The notes below the pieces were generated by a model that saw only the letters and a list, made by a program, of their open reading frames with translations, was not told where the DNA came from and did no database searches. From a bacterium (GTDB taxonomy: Bacteria > Patescibacteriota > Minisyncoccia > 2-01-FULL-47-10 > JBBIMT01), in NCBI GenBank assembly GCA_037443185.1, contig JBBIOV010000001.1, positions 10,866 through 74,865 on the forward strand: 64,000 bases of DNA. Direction: 5' to 3'. Position numbers and translations under genes: made by a program. Position 1 is the stretch's first letter. Every line of letters begins with the position of its first letter. Below are positions 49,494-58,520 of this stretch, one piece after another.

Positions 49494-50915
49494 TTAAGTT
49501 GAGGAGGTAGTCATTGGTAAAAATACAGTAAATTTTGACCCTTGCCCCTTAATACTTTCTAAATATATTTTACCACCTAAAAGTTCGATAACTTTTTTTG
49601 TAATCCAAAGACCAAGGCCAGTTCCTGATATTTTTGATGTTTCTTCCGATTGGACACGGAAGAATTTAGAAAATAATTTTTCCTGATCCTGAGCCGAAAT
49701 GCCAATACCAGTATCTTTAACATAAATGGAAATAAAATTTTTTTCTTCTAACGTTAAACCAACTTCAATACCACCTTTTAAAGTATATTTAATCGCATTG
49801 CCAATGAGATTGATAAGAACTTGCTTTAAACGATCTCTATCCGATTCTATTTCTATTTTTTTATTTTCTTCTAAATGATTTACAAAATTTAATACGAGAC
49901 CTTTTTCTTTGACTTTTGGCGAAATTTCGTTGCATATTTCTGATACAAAATCAGGCAATAAAATTTTTTCCTTTTCGATCTTTATACGGCCCTGTTCTAT
50001 TCTGGAGACCTCAAGTAAATCTTCAACTAAATCATATAATCTTTGCACCTCAAGCATTACAATATCAATGCCATGCTTTAATTTTTCTGACAATTCACCA
50101 AAACTGCCTTCTTGAATCATTGAAAGATAACCTCTTATTGTCGTCAAAGGAGTTCTCAGTTCATGGGAAGTAATGGAAAGAAATTCATCTTTTAATCTAT
50201 CTATTTCTTTTAGTTTCATCAATAAAACAGCGTATTGAAAAAGACGAGCATGATTAGCGACTAGTAAAATAAGTATTAAACTAAAAACAGTAGAAAAAAG
50301 ATAAAGAATCCTGCCTAAATAACCAACGACTTGATCTGCTTCTAAACGGCTTAAAGCCACGCTAACAATACCGATTATTTCATTGTTTTCATTATGAATT
50401 GGTGTTGCGCTTAACCAATATTTTTCGCCGCTTCTTTTGTCTTTAAGCAATCGAGCAAATGTTTGATTGTGCTGCCACGCAAGAGAGTTAATAACCGATT
50501 GAATCTCAGAATTAGTATCCTTTGGATTTAAAGATGCAATGATTTTGAAATAATCAGTTTTAGTTTCTGAACGAACAAAAACCGCAATATCTCTAATAAG
50601 ATCAGAAGAGTTTTGTAACGCAATAATTTTTTCTTGTAGACTTAAATCTTCTTCTTTTTGAATACTTTGAGCATAAATACTTTGCGTGATGAATTTTTCA
50701 GTAGATCGCGCCAGCATTACACCTTGTTGCTGAAGATTGCGATCTAACTGTTTATTAAAAATATTCAAAATATAAGCTGTTGCAATAAAAAAAAGCGCCG
50801 GAATAGATACGATCAAAAGAAGAGAATAAATAATTTGGGGGTTTTGTTTAATAAAAATAATTCCCTCGTAAAGAGCAAACTTATTCTTTCGGTTGTCCGG
50901 CATGGGTTTTTGCAA
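49494..50915 (-). CDS. Two-TM sensor histidine kinase
   Basis: Two TMs flanking an extracellular domain; TSHELRTPL, NLIGNAIKYT, DTGIG, GTGLGL; start may be ATG 50903. Confidence 0.95.
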   Translation of the reverse strand: MQKPMPDNRKNKFALYEGIIFIKQNPQIIYSLLLIVSIPALFFIATAYILNIFNKQLDRNLQQQGVMLARSTEKFITQSIYAQSIQKEEDLSLQEKIIALQNSSDLIRDIAVFVRSETKTDYFKIIASLNPKDTNSEIQSVINSLAWQHNQTFARLLKDKRSGEKYWLSATPIHNENNEIIGIVSVALSRLEADQVVGYLGRILYLFSTVFSLILILLVANHARLFQYAVLLMKLKEIDRLKDEFLSITSHELRTPLTTIRGYLSMIQEGSFGELSEKLKHGIDIVMLEVQRLYDLVEDLLEVSRIEQGRIKIEKEKILLPDFVSEICNEISPKVKEKGLVLNFVNHLEENKKIEIESDRDRLKQVLINLIGNAIKYTLKGGIEVGLTLEEKNFISIYVKDTGIGISAQDQEKLFSKFFRVQSEETSKISGTGLGLWITKKVIELLGGKIYLESIKGQGSKFTVFLPMTTSST

Positions 50916-53175
50916 TAATCGTCAAGATAATTAAAACCAATAAAATACTGGTTAAAGTTATAAAGAAAATAAAGGGCCAAAGCGCTTTTTGGGGCGAGAT
51001 AGGAATTGCTGATTCAGGCTCAATAGAAATGCTATCTGATACTTCTTGTGGTGAGAAGGCGTTTTTTTCAGATTCTACAATGGAGACTGCTTGAGCAGTT
51101 TTAATGAATAATAAAGCTGGTGATTTCTCAATTATTTTGCCAGTATTGTTTGTGATTGCGATATAAACTTCATGTTTACCATCTTCAATATTTTTATCAA
51201 GCACATAAGACCAATCCCCGTTTTCATCTGTTTTAACAGTTACAATAATAGGCTCAGAATAAATAAAAATAGTCACAAAACTATTCGGGAGACCCTTGCC
51301 TTTTAGGAGAATCTTGGGAGGCTCTTGAGGCTTTTCCTTTTGAACAGGTGTAGTCACTATTTCTACTTTTTCTACTGCCAAAACTTCTGCATTAACTTGT
51401 CCACTTTCTTTAGGACTTTCAAATTTCATTTTTTCTTCAGGAATACTGGATGTTGGATTGAAGTTATGCTGGACTTCTACTGAATCAATATAGCCATCGT
51501 TATCTGAATCCACATTAAATGGATCAGTGCCAAATCTTAACTCGTCTTCATTAGACATACCATCATTATCAAAATCGATTATGGCTTTTTTAATATCCTC
51601 TATCTTGTTTTGAATAGGCGGGATTTCAGGAATAATATCTTTTACCTCTTCCGAACTGGAAGGTAATGTGCTTACTTCTGAAGGACTGATTATCGCTTGG
51701 GATTTTTCATTTTCTTGTGATTTTTCTTTTTCGGAAGTAGGAGGCACAGGTGTTTCTTTGATTTTTTGTGGTTTTTCTATTTCCTTCAGTTCTTTTTCTT
51801 TTAATTCTCTTTCATTTAATTCTTTTGCTTTCGATTCTATTTCTTTTAATTCTTTATCCCTCAATTTTTTCAATTCAGTTGCTTTTAGTGGTTCTTTGAA
51901 TACTTTAGATTCTCGTAAATTTTTAATATTTAGATTTTCTTGAAGAATTTTACTGCTTTCTTGTTCTTCTTTTTTATTAGTTTCTTTCAATTTTTGAGTT
52001 TTAATTTCCTCTAACACTTTATTGGGTTGCAAGCCGACTCGTTCTAATTCTTGTTTAATTACATTTGTAAGTTCATTTTTCTTTTGATCATCTATCAACG
52101 GCGGACTTTTTATTTTTTCCTGAATTTTTTCAATAATTTTCTCAGGTTCTTTTTTAATTTCATTTGCAATATTTAATTCATCACTTATTTTTTCAAAAGT
52201 AACACCCTTAACTTTTGTTTTCACGAAAAGTTTATATTTGCCATTTGGGAAATTATTAGTGTCAAATTGAACTACCCATTTGCCATTACTTGGTTGTAAT
52301 CGACCAACAAATAATAAATCTTCACTCTTTTCTCTCTGCAAAAAAAGTTCAGCTTCATCAACAGGTAATTCATATTCAAATTCAGCTCCTAAAAAACCTG
52401 ATATTTTTGATAAATTTTGAGTAAATTTAGTATTAAAAATGGGTTCTTTGATATTTATATTATTACTTGTTGAAGTACCTCCTGATACATCTAATATATT
52501 ATTCTTGATATCGTTCTTAATATTTAATTGATTTTCTATAGGATTCGATAACTGACTAGCAGAAGACATTTGATTTATTTCACCACTGTCTAATACTGAC
52601 TGCACATCTCTAATTGCACTTATTTTTTTATCGACAATCTTATCATCGCTACTTGAAAGATTTTGAAGGTTATTTTCTGTTTCAACCTCTTTGACTTGAG
52701 AAATTTTTTTGTTATTCTCTAATACAATCTCGTTGAATAACGCATTTTTACCTTCGTCAGTTAAAGGCTCCCCGCATTTTGAATTTTTTTTCAAAGCATT
52801 GCCCTTACAAGTTGCATTATCGCAATCACAGGAATATAAATTTACGCAAAGAACTTCATTTAAAGAAGAGGATTTTTCATTTTTACAATAATATTCTAAC
52901 AAATATTTTGAAAAAACGCACCGATCTTTAGCTTTAAATAAAGAGCGATTGAATGATATTTTTGCATCAATTTCTCCTTGAACATCAATGTTGTCTCCCC
53001 CATCACTATCACTACAGGTAAAAATAGGACTACTTTCTAATATATTTATATTGCTTTTTATATTTTCCTCAGTACTTAAAACGCTTGAAAGAGCATTGAT
53101 AAAATAAAAAGGGATTACTAAAAAAAAGATAGTAAAAAAAATGACGCCGAAAATCTTTTGAGAAACTTTTTTCAT
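50881..53175 (-). CDS. Large cell-surface protein (Cys-rich module, K/E-rich linker, DxDxDG repeats, Ig-like domain, C-terminal TM)
   Basis: Signal/TM; CSDSDGG...DRC...LEYYC...C; KELKEIE repeats; DFDNDGMS/DSDNDGYID; TDENGDWSY...DGKHEV; C-terminal TM. Confidence 0.85.
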   Translation of the reverse strand: MKKVSQKIFGVIFFTIFFLVIPFYFINALSSVLSTEENIKSNINILESSPIFTCSDSDGGDNIDVQGEIDAKISFNRSLFKAKDRCVFSKYLLEYYCKNEKSSSLNEVLCVNLYSCDCDNATCKGNALKKNSKCGEPLTDEGKNALFNEIVLENNKKISQVKEVETENNLQNLSSSDDKIVDKKISAIRDVQSVLDSGEINQMSSASQLSNPIENQLNIKNDIKNNILDVSGGTSTSNNINIKEPIFNTKFTQNLSKISGFLGAEFEYELPVDEAELFLQREKSEDLLFVGRLQPSNGKWVVQFDTNNFPNGKYKLFVKTKVKGVTFEKISDELNIANEIKKEPEKIIEKIQEKIKSPPLIDDQKKNELTNVIKQELERVGLQPNKVLEEIKTQKLKETNKKEEQESSKILQENLNIKNLRESKVFKEPLKATELKKLRDKELKEIESKAKELNERELKEKELKEIEKPQKIKETPVPPTSEKEKSQENEKSQAIISPSEVSTLPSSSEEVKDIIPEIPPIQNKIEDIKKAIIDFDNDGMSNEDELRFGTDPFNVDSDNDGYIDSVEVQHNFNPTSSIPEEKMKFESPKESGQVNAEVLAVEKVEIVTTPVQKEKPQEPPKILLKGKGLPNSFVTIFIYSEPIIVTVKTDENGDWSYVLDKNIEDGKHEVYIAITNNTGKIIEKSPALLFIKTAQAVSIVESEKNAFSPQEVSDSISIEPESAIPISPQKALWPFIFFITLTSILLVLIILTIIAKTHAGQPKE

Positions 53176-53351
53176 AGTATTATATTTTTAATTTTACTTT
53201 AATATTATATTATTTTTTATAAAACAATCAAGTTTTTATTGGTAATTGATTTATTTAATTTTATTACAAATTTGCAAATTCTCATATTTGAATTATAATT
53301 TTAAATTAATTTGCTTTAATAAAAATATCCATAAATCCTAATTATATTTTT

Positions 53352-53903
53352 ATGACCCGCAACGAAGCTTTAAATTTACTACATAAATACATCCAAAATC
53401 AAAATTTAATCAGACACTCATTGGCTGTTGAAGCGGTGATGAAAAAATTTGCAAAAAAATTTAACGGTGATGAATCTTTATGGGCGATAACTGGTCTTTT
53501 ACATGATTTAGATTGGGAAATTACTCAAAGCAATCCTGAACAACATACTTTAGTGGCTGAAAAAATATTAAATGAACTAAAGGTTAACCAAGAAATTGTT
53601 AAAGCCATTAAGATTCATAATTATGTGCATAAAATACCACCCCAAACTTTGCTTGAAAAAACGCTTTATTATGTTGAAGAACTTACTGGACTTATCACTG
53701 CTTGCGCCTTAGTTAATCCCCAAAAGTTAAATGGCGTCTCAAGGGAATCTGTTTTAAAAAAAATGAAGGAAAAATCTTTTGCCAAGGGAGTTAACCGCGA
53801 ACTAATTTTAAAAGCACCAGAAGAGTTAGGAGTTGATTTAAATGAAATAATAGATTTAACCTTATTAGCAATGAAAGAGATCAAAGACGAACTTGGACTT
53901 TAA
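53352..53903 (+). CDS. HDIG-domain metal-dependent phosphohydrolase
   Basis: HSLAVEA, GLLHDLD, ELTGLI, KSFAKGVNR. Confidence 0.93.
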   Translation: MTRNEALNLLHKYIQNQNLIRHSLAVEAVMKKFAKKFNGDESLWAITGLLHDLDWEITQSNPEQHTLVAEKILNELKVNQEIVKAIKIHNYVHKIPPQTLLEKTLYYVEELTGLITACALVNPQKLNGVSRESVLKKMKEKSFAKGVNRELILKAPEELGVDLNEIIDLTLLAMKEIKDELGL

Positions 53904-54379
53904 GGAGATTGTTCTAATCGTAAATATTCTAACATTTTTTTAAAATTTTCGCGCTCTTTGGGTTTGAAATTATCAATAACTTGCTGTTTAATGTAAATCG
54001 GTAATTTAAGAGCCAAGGCAATAGACAAAGCATCCGAAGGACGACAATCGCGAATAAACTCCTTACCAAATTTATCCTGAAAGAAAAGGGACGCATAAAA
54101 AACCCCATCCTTAATTTTTGTAATCTCAACGGCATTTACAATAACCTGTAAATCTTCAGTTAAAATTTTTAAAAAAAGATCAATAGTAAGCGGCCTTGGA
54201 GTTTTTACTTTATTTAAATAAACAAGAATTGATTGAGTTTCTAAAAAACCTATCCAGATTGGAATCACAATATTTGCATCATTATTAACCAAAAAAACAA
54301 TAGGGACTCCTGAATTAGGATCAATAAAAACCTCAGTAATTTTTACTTCTATTTTTTGTTGATTCTGACCATTGTTCAT
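53900..54379 (-). CDS. Bifunctional nuclease family protein (DUF151)
   Basis: IPIWIG..E..SI, PRPLT.DL, FYA, DCRPSDALSIAL. Confidence 0.92.
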   Translation of the reverse strand: MNNGQNQQKIEVKITEVFIDPNSGVPIVFLVNNDANIVIPIWIGFLETQSILVYLNKVKTPRPLTIDLFLKILTEDLQVIVNAVEITKIKDGVFYASLFFQDKFGKEFIRDCRPSDALSIALALKLPIYIKQQVIDNFKPKERENFKKMLEYLRLEQSP

Positions 54380-54392
54380 ATTTTTTAGATAA

Positions 54393-55115
54393 TTAATTCA
54401 AAAAAGCTTTCAATATACCACAGGCTACAATAGCTGCTGTTTCTGCCCTTAAAATCCCATCATTGATATTTATTATATCCCATTTGTTGGTTTTGGCGAA
54501 GTCTTTTTCAAAATGACTCCATCCCTGTTCTGGGCCTATACAAATTAAAAGATTATCTTGATGAAGGCTTTTTAAAAAATCAACAAACGAAAAACTATTT
54601 GTTATATTAGGTTCCAAGAAAATTTTTCTAAATTGTGGATAATTTTGATTAATTTGAGTTAAGGTTATGATATTGAAATCAATTTTCGGGAGAAAACATC
54701 TTTGACTTTGTTCAATGGCTTCAATAATAATTTTTTGCCAACGCGGAAAATTTGGTTGATACTTTGCAGTTGATTTTTCGGCATTCAAAATTTGAAAACC
54801 GGCCACGCCAAGTTCTGAACATTTCTGAAAAATCAATTCCATTTTTTCTTTTTTCGTTAAAAGAGATTGAGCGATAATGATGCGTTTTTTAGACGTAGTA
54901 CATTCAATTTTTTGCAAAATATCTAAATAAATATAATTTTTATTAATATGTTTGATTGAGCATTCAAATTTTAATCCTTGTCCATCGATAAGAAAAATTC
55001 TTTCTCCACTTTTTAATCTTAAAACCCTGAAAACTTGATGAACTATTGCATAATCTTTTATAATTAAAGATTCTTCATATCTCAGTGACAAATCATTTAA
55101 ATAAAAATAGTGCAT
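54393..55115 (-). CDS. rsmE: 16S rRNA m3U1498 methyltransferase
   Basis: HQVFRVLRL, QKCSELGV, EAIEQS, IGPEQG, ILRAETA. Confidence 0.95.
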   Translation of the reverse strand: MHYFYLNDLSLRYEESLIIKDYAIVHQVFRVLRLKSGERIFLIDGQGLKFECSIKHINKNYIYLDILQKIECTTSKKRIIIAQSLLTKKEKMELIFQKCSELGVAGFQILNAEKSTAKYQPNFPRWQKIIIEAIEQSQRCFLPKIDFNIITLTQINQNYPQFRKIFLEPNITNSFSFVDFLKSLHQDNLLICIGPEQGWSHFEKDFAKTNKWDIININDGILRAETAAIVACGILKAFLN

Positions 55116-55118
55116 ACT

Positions 55119-55301
55119 TTACTCTTGAAGAGCTTTTACTTTTTGTTCATATATTTTTAAAAGGCCGCGCTGAATTTTATTTTCCTGCTCTAATTTTTTT
55201 ATTCTTGAAGAAAAATCAAACAAAATAAATAAGCCCATAATTACAATCAACGAAACAATCAGCAAAGTCTCCAAGGTCCTTTTATCTATTTTTTCAAACA
55301 T
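55119..55301 (-). CDS. Small membrane protein with short coiled coil
   Basis: 60-aa ORF filling the gap between two co-oriented genes; one TM. Confidence 0.65.
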   Translation of the reverse strand: MFEKIDKRTLETLLIVSLIVIMGLFILFDFSSRIKKLEQENKIQRGLLKIYEQKVKALQE

Positions 55302-55339
55302 AATCGAAAATTTTTTTACTTAAATTCTTTTAAAATAAG

Positions 55340-56350
55340 TCAATTTAAAAGATTAAGAGGCTTATTATTAAGGAAATATTTAATATTTTCAATAGTAGTA
55401 TTTAAAATCCTTTGGAGCGCTTCAGAAGTATTAAAAGCATTATGAGGAGTTATTAAAACATTTGGCATTTTCATTAAGATATGATTATATAAAATAGTTT
55501 TTAATTCGTCCCTTTTTAAAAATTCATTTGCCACATAATTAATTTCATTTTTTATTTCTGTTTCAGCTTCTAAAACATCAGTGGCATAACCAGCTAAAAT
55601 TTTTTCATTTAGACCAAGAACAACGGCAGCTGTTTCTACGATGCCCCCTCTGGCAGTATTGATTAAATAAGAACCTTTTTGAAAAAGTCGGATGTTATTT
55701 TTATTAATTAAATGGTGAGTTGAAAGAGTATAAGGACAATGTATAGAGACAATCTGGGAATTCTTCAAAAGATCTTCTAAGGTCGTATAATTTATATTAT
55801 AGGCAGACGCAAAAGCATTATCCGGAAAAGGGTCAAAAGCTAAAATATTCATTGAAAAACCTTTAGCAATTTTGATAACTTCCTTTCCAATTCTCCCTGT
55901 TCCAATCACCCCTAAGGTTTTATCTTTTAAATCTATGCCTCGTAAATCTTTTAAGGAAAATAATTCAAACTCTTTGATTTGGTCTATTGCTTGATATATT
56001 TTTCTGGTGAGATTTAAAATAAGACCAAAAGTAAATTCAGCCACTGTATTATCACCATATCCAGGAACATAAGCAACTTTTATTCCTCTTTCTTTGCAAG
56101 CGTTAAGTTCAATATGATCAAAACCGGTAGAACGAGTACAAATAAGTTTTAAATTTGGAAAATTAACTAAAGCTGGTTTATTAAGGCGCGAATTAACGAA
56201 AATGGAGATGATATCAAAATCTGTTTCTTTTGGGATATTTATTTCACTAATACTATCTTCTTGAAAAATAATTTCGTTATCTTCAGCAAGATCGGAATTT
56301 AATATTATTTCTTTTTCCCAGCCTTCTATTTCAAAAAAACCAATTTTCAT
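55340..56350 (-). CDS. D-lactate/D-2-hydroxyacid dehydrogenase
   Basis: TRSTGFDHI, VAEF, GTGRIG, INTARG, DVLE, TPHNAF. Confidence 0.93.
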   Translation of the reverse strand: MKIGFFEIEGWEKEIILNSDLAEDNEIIFQEDSISEINIPKETDFDIISIFVNSRLNKPALVNFPNLKLICTRSTGFDHIELNACKERGIKVAYVPGYGDNTVAEFTFGLILNLTRKIYQAIDQIKEFELFSLKDLRGIDLKDKTLGVIGTGRIGKEVIKIAKGFSMNILAFDPFPDNAFASAYNINYTTLEDLLKNSQIVSIHCPYTLSTHHLINKNNIRLFQKGSYLINTARGGIVETAAVVLGLNEKILAGYATDVLEAETEIKNEINYVANEFLKRDELKTILYNHILMKMPNVLITPHNAFNTSEALQRILNTTIENIKYFLNNKPLNLLN

Positions 56351-56495
56351 AATATTTTCTAAAACTTTAGATAGTTTTATTTTATGTTATAATTATAAAT
56401 AAAAGAAAATAAAAATCAAATGTCTTGTATTTTTAAAATCTTTTATGTAAAACATTAACTATTATTTTTTAAAAAAGCTTAAAAATAATTTTTTT

Positions 56496-57335
56496 ATGTA
56501 TTTAGCTATTGATGTAGGCGGAACTAACACTAGATTAGAATTATTTTCTAATCTGACACCTGATGCCAAAATTTCGCACAAACATTTTAACACCCCTAAA
56601 AATCCAAAGCAGTTATCTTTAATAATTAATAACTTCTTGAAAAAATTAAAGGTTAAAAATATAAAAGCAGCAATTTTAGGCTTACCAGGAGTTTTAGATA
56701 AAAATAAAGAAACTCTCATAAAATCTCCAAATTTGAATAAGGCGTGGATCAATGTATCTTTTAAAAAAATTTTCAGAAATATTGTCAAAGAGATTTATTG
56801 TCAAAATGATGCGGCGCTTGCTGCTTTAGGAGAAGCAATTTTAGGGGCAGGCAGAAATTATAGTATCGTAGCTTATATCACAATCAGTACTGGTATCGGA
56901 GGCGCCAGGGTAATTAATGGTAATTTAGATGAAAATTTTTCAGGATTTGAACCTGGTCATCACATTATCATTTTACAAGGTCGACTTTGTAGTTGTGGCC
57001 AAAAAGGCTGCTTTCAAGCGTATGCCTCCGGAAAAGGTTTTAGAAACATATTTCACAAAGAACCAAAAAAATGCTCGAACCAAGATTATTGGAATCAATA
57101 CGCAAAATTTTTAGGACAAGGTTTAATTAATGTCATTTTATTTTGGTCACCAGAAGTTTTAATTTTGGGGGGTAGTATGTTAAATAAACCTATTTATTTC
57201 TGGCAGCCTTTAAAGTATTTTTTAAAAAAAAATTTAAAGATAATTGCTTTACCAACTATTAAAATTTCTGAGCTAAAAGACGAAGCAGGAACTTTAGGCG
57301 GGATAATGTATTTAAAAAATTTGCTTCAAAAATAA
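56496..57335 (+). CDS. ROK family sugar kinase (glucokinase-like)
   Basis: DVGGT, NDAALAALGE, STGIGG, EPGH, CSCGQKGC. Confidence 0.94.
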   Translation: MYLAIDVGGTNTRLELFSNLTPDAKISHKHFNTPKNPKQLSLIINNFLKKLKVKNIKAAILGLPGVLDKNKETLIKSPNLNKAWINVSFKKIFRNIVKEIYCQNDAALAALGEAILGAGRNYSIVAYITISTGIGGARVINGNLDENFSGFEPGHHIIILQGRLCSCGQKGCFQAYASGKGFRNIFHKEPKKCSNQDYWNQYAKFLGQGLINVILFWSPEVLILGGSMLNKPIYFWQPLKYFLKKNLKIIALPTIKISELKDEAGTLGGIMYLKNLLQK

Positions 57336-57373
57336 TTTTTTCGAATTTATAAAAAATTTATCAATTTTTTATA

Positions 57374-57410
57374 AACAAAAAGCCCTTGATATAATCGTGG
57401 GCTTTTTGTT
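57374..57410. terminator. Bidirectional intrinsic terminator between convergent genes
   Basis: AACAAAAAGCCC...GGGCTTTTTGTT; preceded by a 13-bp AT-only inverted repeat at 57346-57375. Confidence 0.8.
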
Positions 57411-57422
57411 AAATATACCCAA

Positions 57423-57629
57423 TTACATTTTCCCCCCTTTGCGAAAACCTCTACTAAAATTCTGGCGCCTTTGTTGATTACATTCTCGACAATAAACAGG
57501 ACGATTTGCATCTGGCTGAAAAGGAAGTTCCGTAATTGGAATCTGACACTGAGCGCACTTTAAATTCATCGATGTTACATCGAACATCTGTCTTTGAAAG
57601 CCGCTCTGTGATCTATCTTGGAAGGCCAT
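57423..57629 (-). CDS. CxxC-x17-CxxC domain protein
   Basis: RQMF...CAQC...LPFQP...RPVYCREC; SD GAGGTGA upstream. Confidence 0.92.
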   Translation of the reverse strand: MAFQDRSQSGFQRQMFDVTSMNLKCAQCQIPITELPFQPDANRPVYCRECNQQRRQNFSRGFRKGGKM

Positions 57630-57757
57630 ATATTTTCACCTCACTTTCTTTTTTCGGTTATTTAATATATGGCCTCCTGAAATTATAATTGAAATATTTC
57701 TATTAATTACTTTTTTAACTACTATATAACCGGCCTAATATTAAATTTACCCGAATT
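57620..57757 (-). promoter_or_regulatory. Structured 5' UTR with two mutually exclusive helices
   Basis: 57664-57677 is complementary to 57620-57634 (spanning the AUG); the overlapping segment 57653-57674 is complementary to 57732-57755; promoter TTGTAT-N16-TAAAGT (extended TG) at 57791-57764. Confidence 0.65.
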
Positions 57758-57844
57758 AACTAAACTTTATCATAAATTATAAAAAATACAAGAAGGCTTA
57801 TTTAATTACTAATTAAAATAAAAAAAACAATGTCATTTTTATTT

Positions 57845-57919
57845 TACCGCCAACCGGATTTGAACCGGTGTTTCATGGCTGAGAACCATGTGTCCTAAAC
57901 CAGACTAGACGATGGCGGC
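57845..57919 (-). tRNA. tRNA-Glu (CTC), CCA not encoded
   Basis: GCCGCCA / TGGCGGT-A acceptor; CATGG-TTCTCAG-CCATG anticodon arm; ACCGG-TTCAAAT-CCGGT T arm. Confidence 0.96.
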
Positions 57920-57991
57920 TTTGATGAAAATATTTTAGTTGTTGATCGATTAAATTTTGAAAATTTTAGGGCAAGTATATTTTAAATCTAA

Positions 57992-58495
57992 TCACTGACC
58001 CAAAAATCCTTTAACTAGTTGCGCTACCTTAGCGCCTTCAGCTTTTCCCTTTACTTTTTCCATAACTATCTTCATAACCTTTCCAAAATCTTTTTGACCG
58101 GATATTCCTAATTCTTGAATAACATTTTTTATCGTTTCTTTTAACTGGTCATCTGTTAATTGCGGAGGTAAATATTGTTTTAAAATTTCTATTTCTTTTA
58201 ATTCTTTTTGTGCCAAATCGTCTCTGTTGCCTTTTTTAAATAATTGCAAAGCTTCGTTTCTTTTTTTTATTTCAGAAGCAATCACTGCTAAAATTTCCTC
58301 GTCATTTAAGCAACTCTTTTCTTGTAATTCTTTTTGAGTGGTATCGCTTTTTGTTTTCGCCAATTGATAAAACTTTTCTTTCTGTTTTTTTTCAATAGCA
58401 GCCTTCAGCATTTTCAAAACGCTTAAACTAATTTCATCTTTGTTTACGAAAGCTTTTTTAAAACCTAATAAAACTTTTTTATTTAAATTCATCAT
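57992..58495 (-). CDS. GatB/YqeY domain protein
   Basis: LSVLKMLKAAI, EIKKRNEA..F.KGNRDDLA.KE..EI.IL..YLP.QL, DFGKVM. Confidence 0.93.
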   Translation of the reverse strand: MMNLNKKVLLGFKKAFVNKDEISLSVLKMLKAAIEKKQKEKFYQLAKTKSDTTQKELQEKSCLNDEEILAVIASEIKKRNEALQLFKKGNRDDLAQKELKEIEILKQYLPPQLTDDQLKETIKNVIQELGISGQKDFGKVMKIVMEKVKGKAEGAKVAQLVKGFLGQ

Positions 58496-58520
58496 ACTAG
58501 TAAATTAAATCTTAATAATA

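Noticed and set aside
51770-51870. Imperfect tandem repeats as CRISPR or mobile repeat
   Set aside because: They encode KELKE-type coiled-coil repeats within a CDS; no spacers or cas genes
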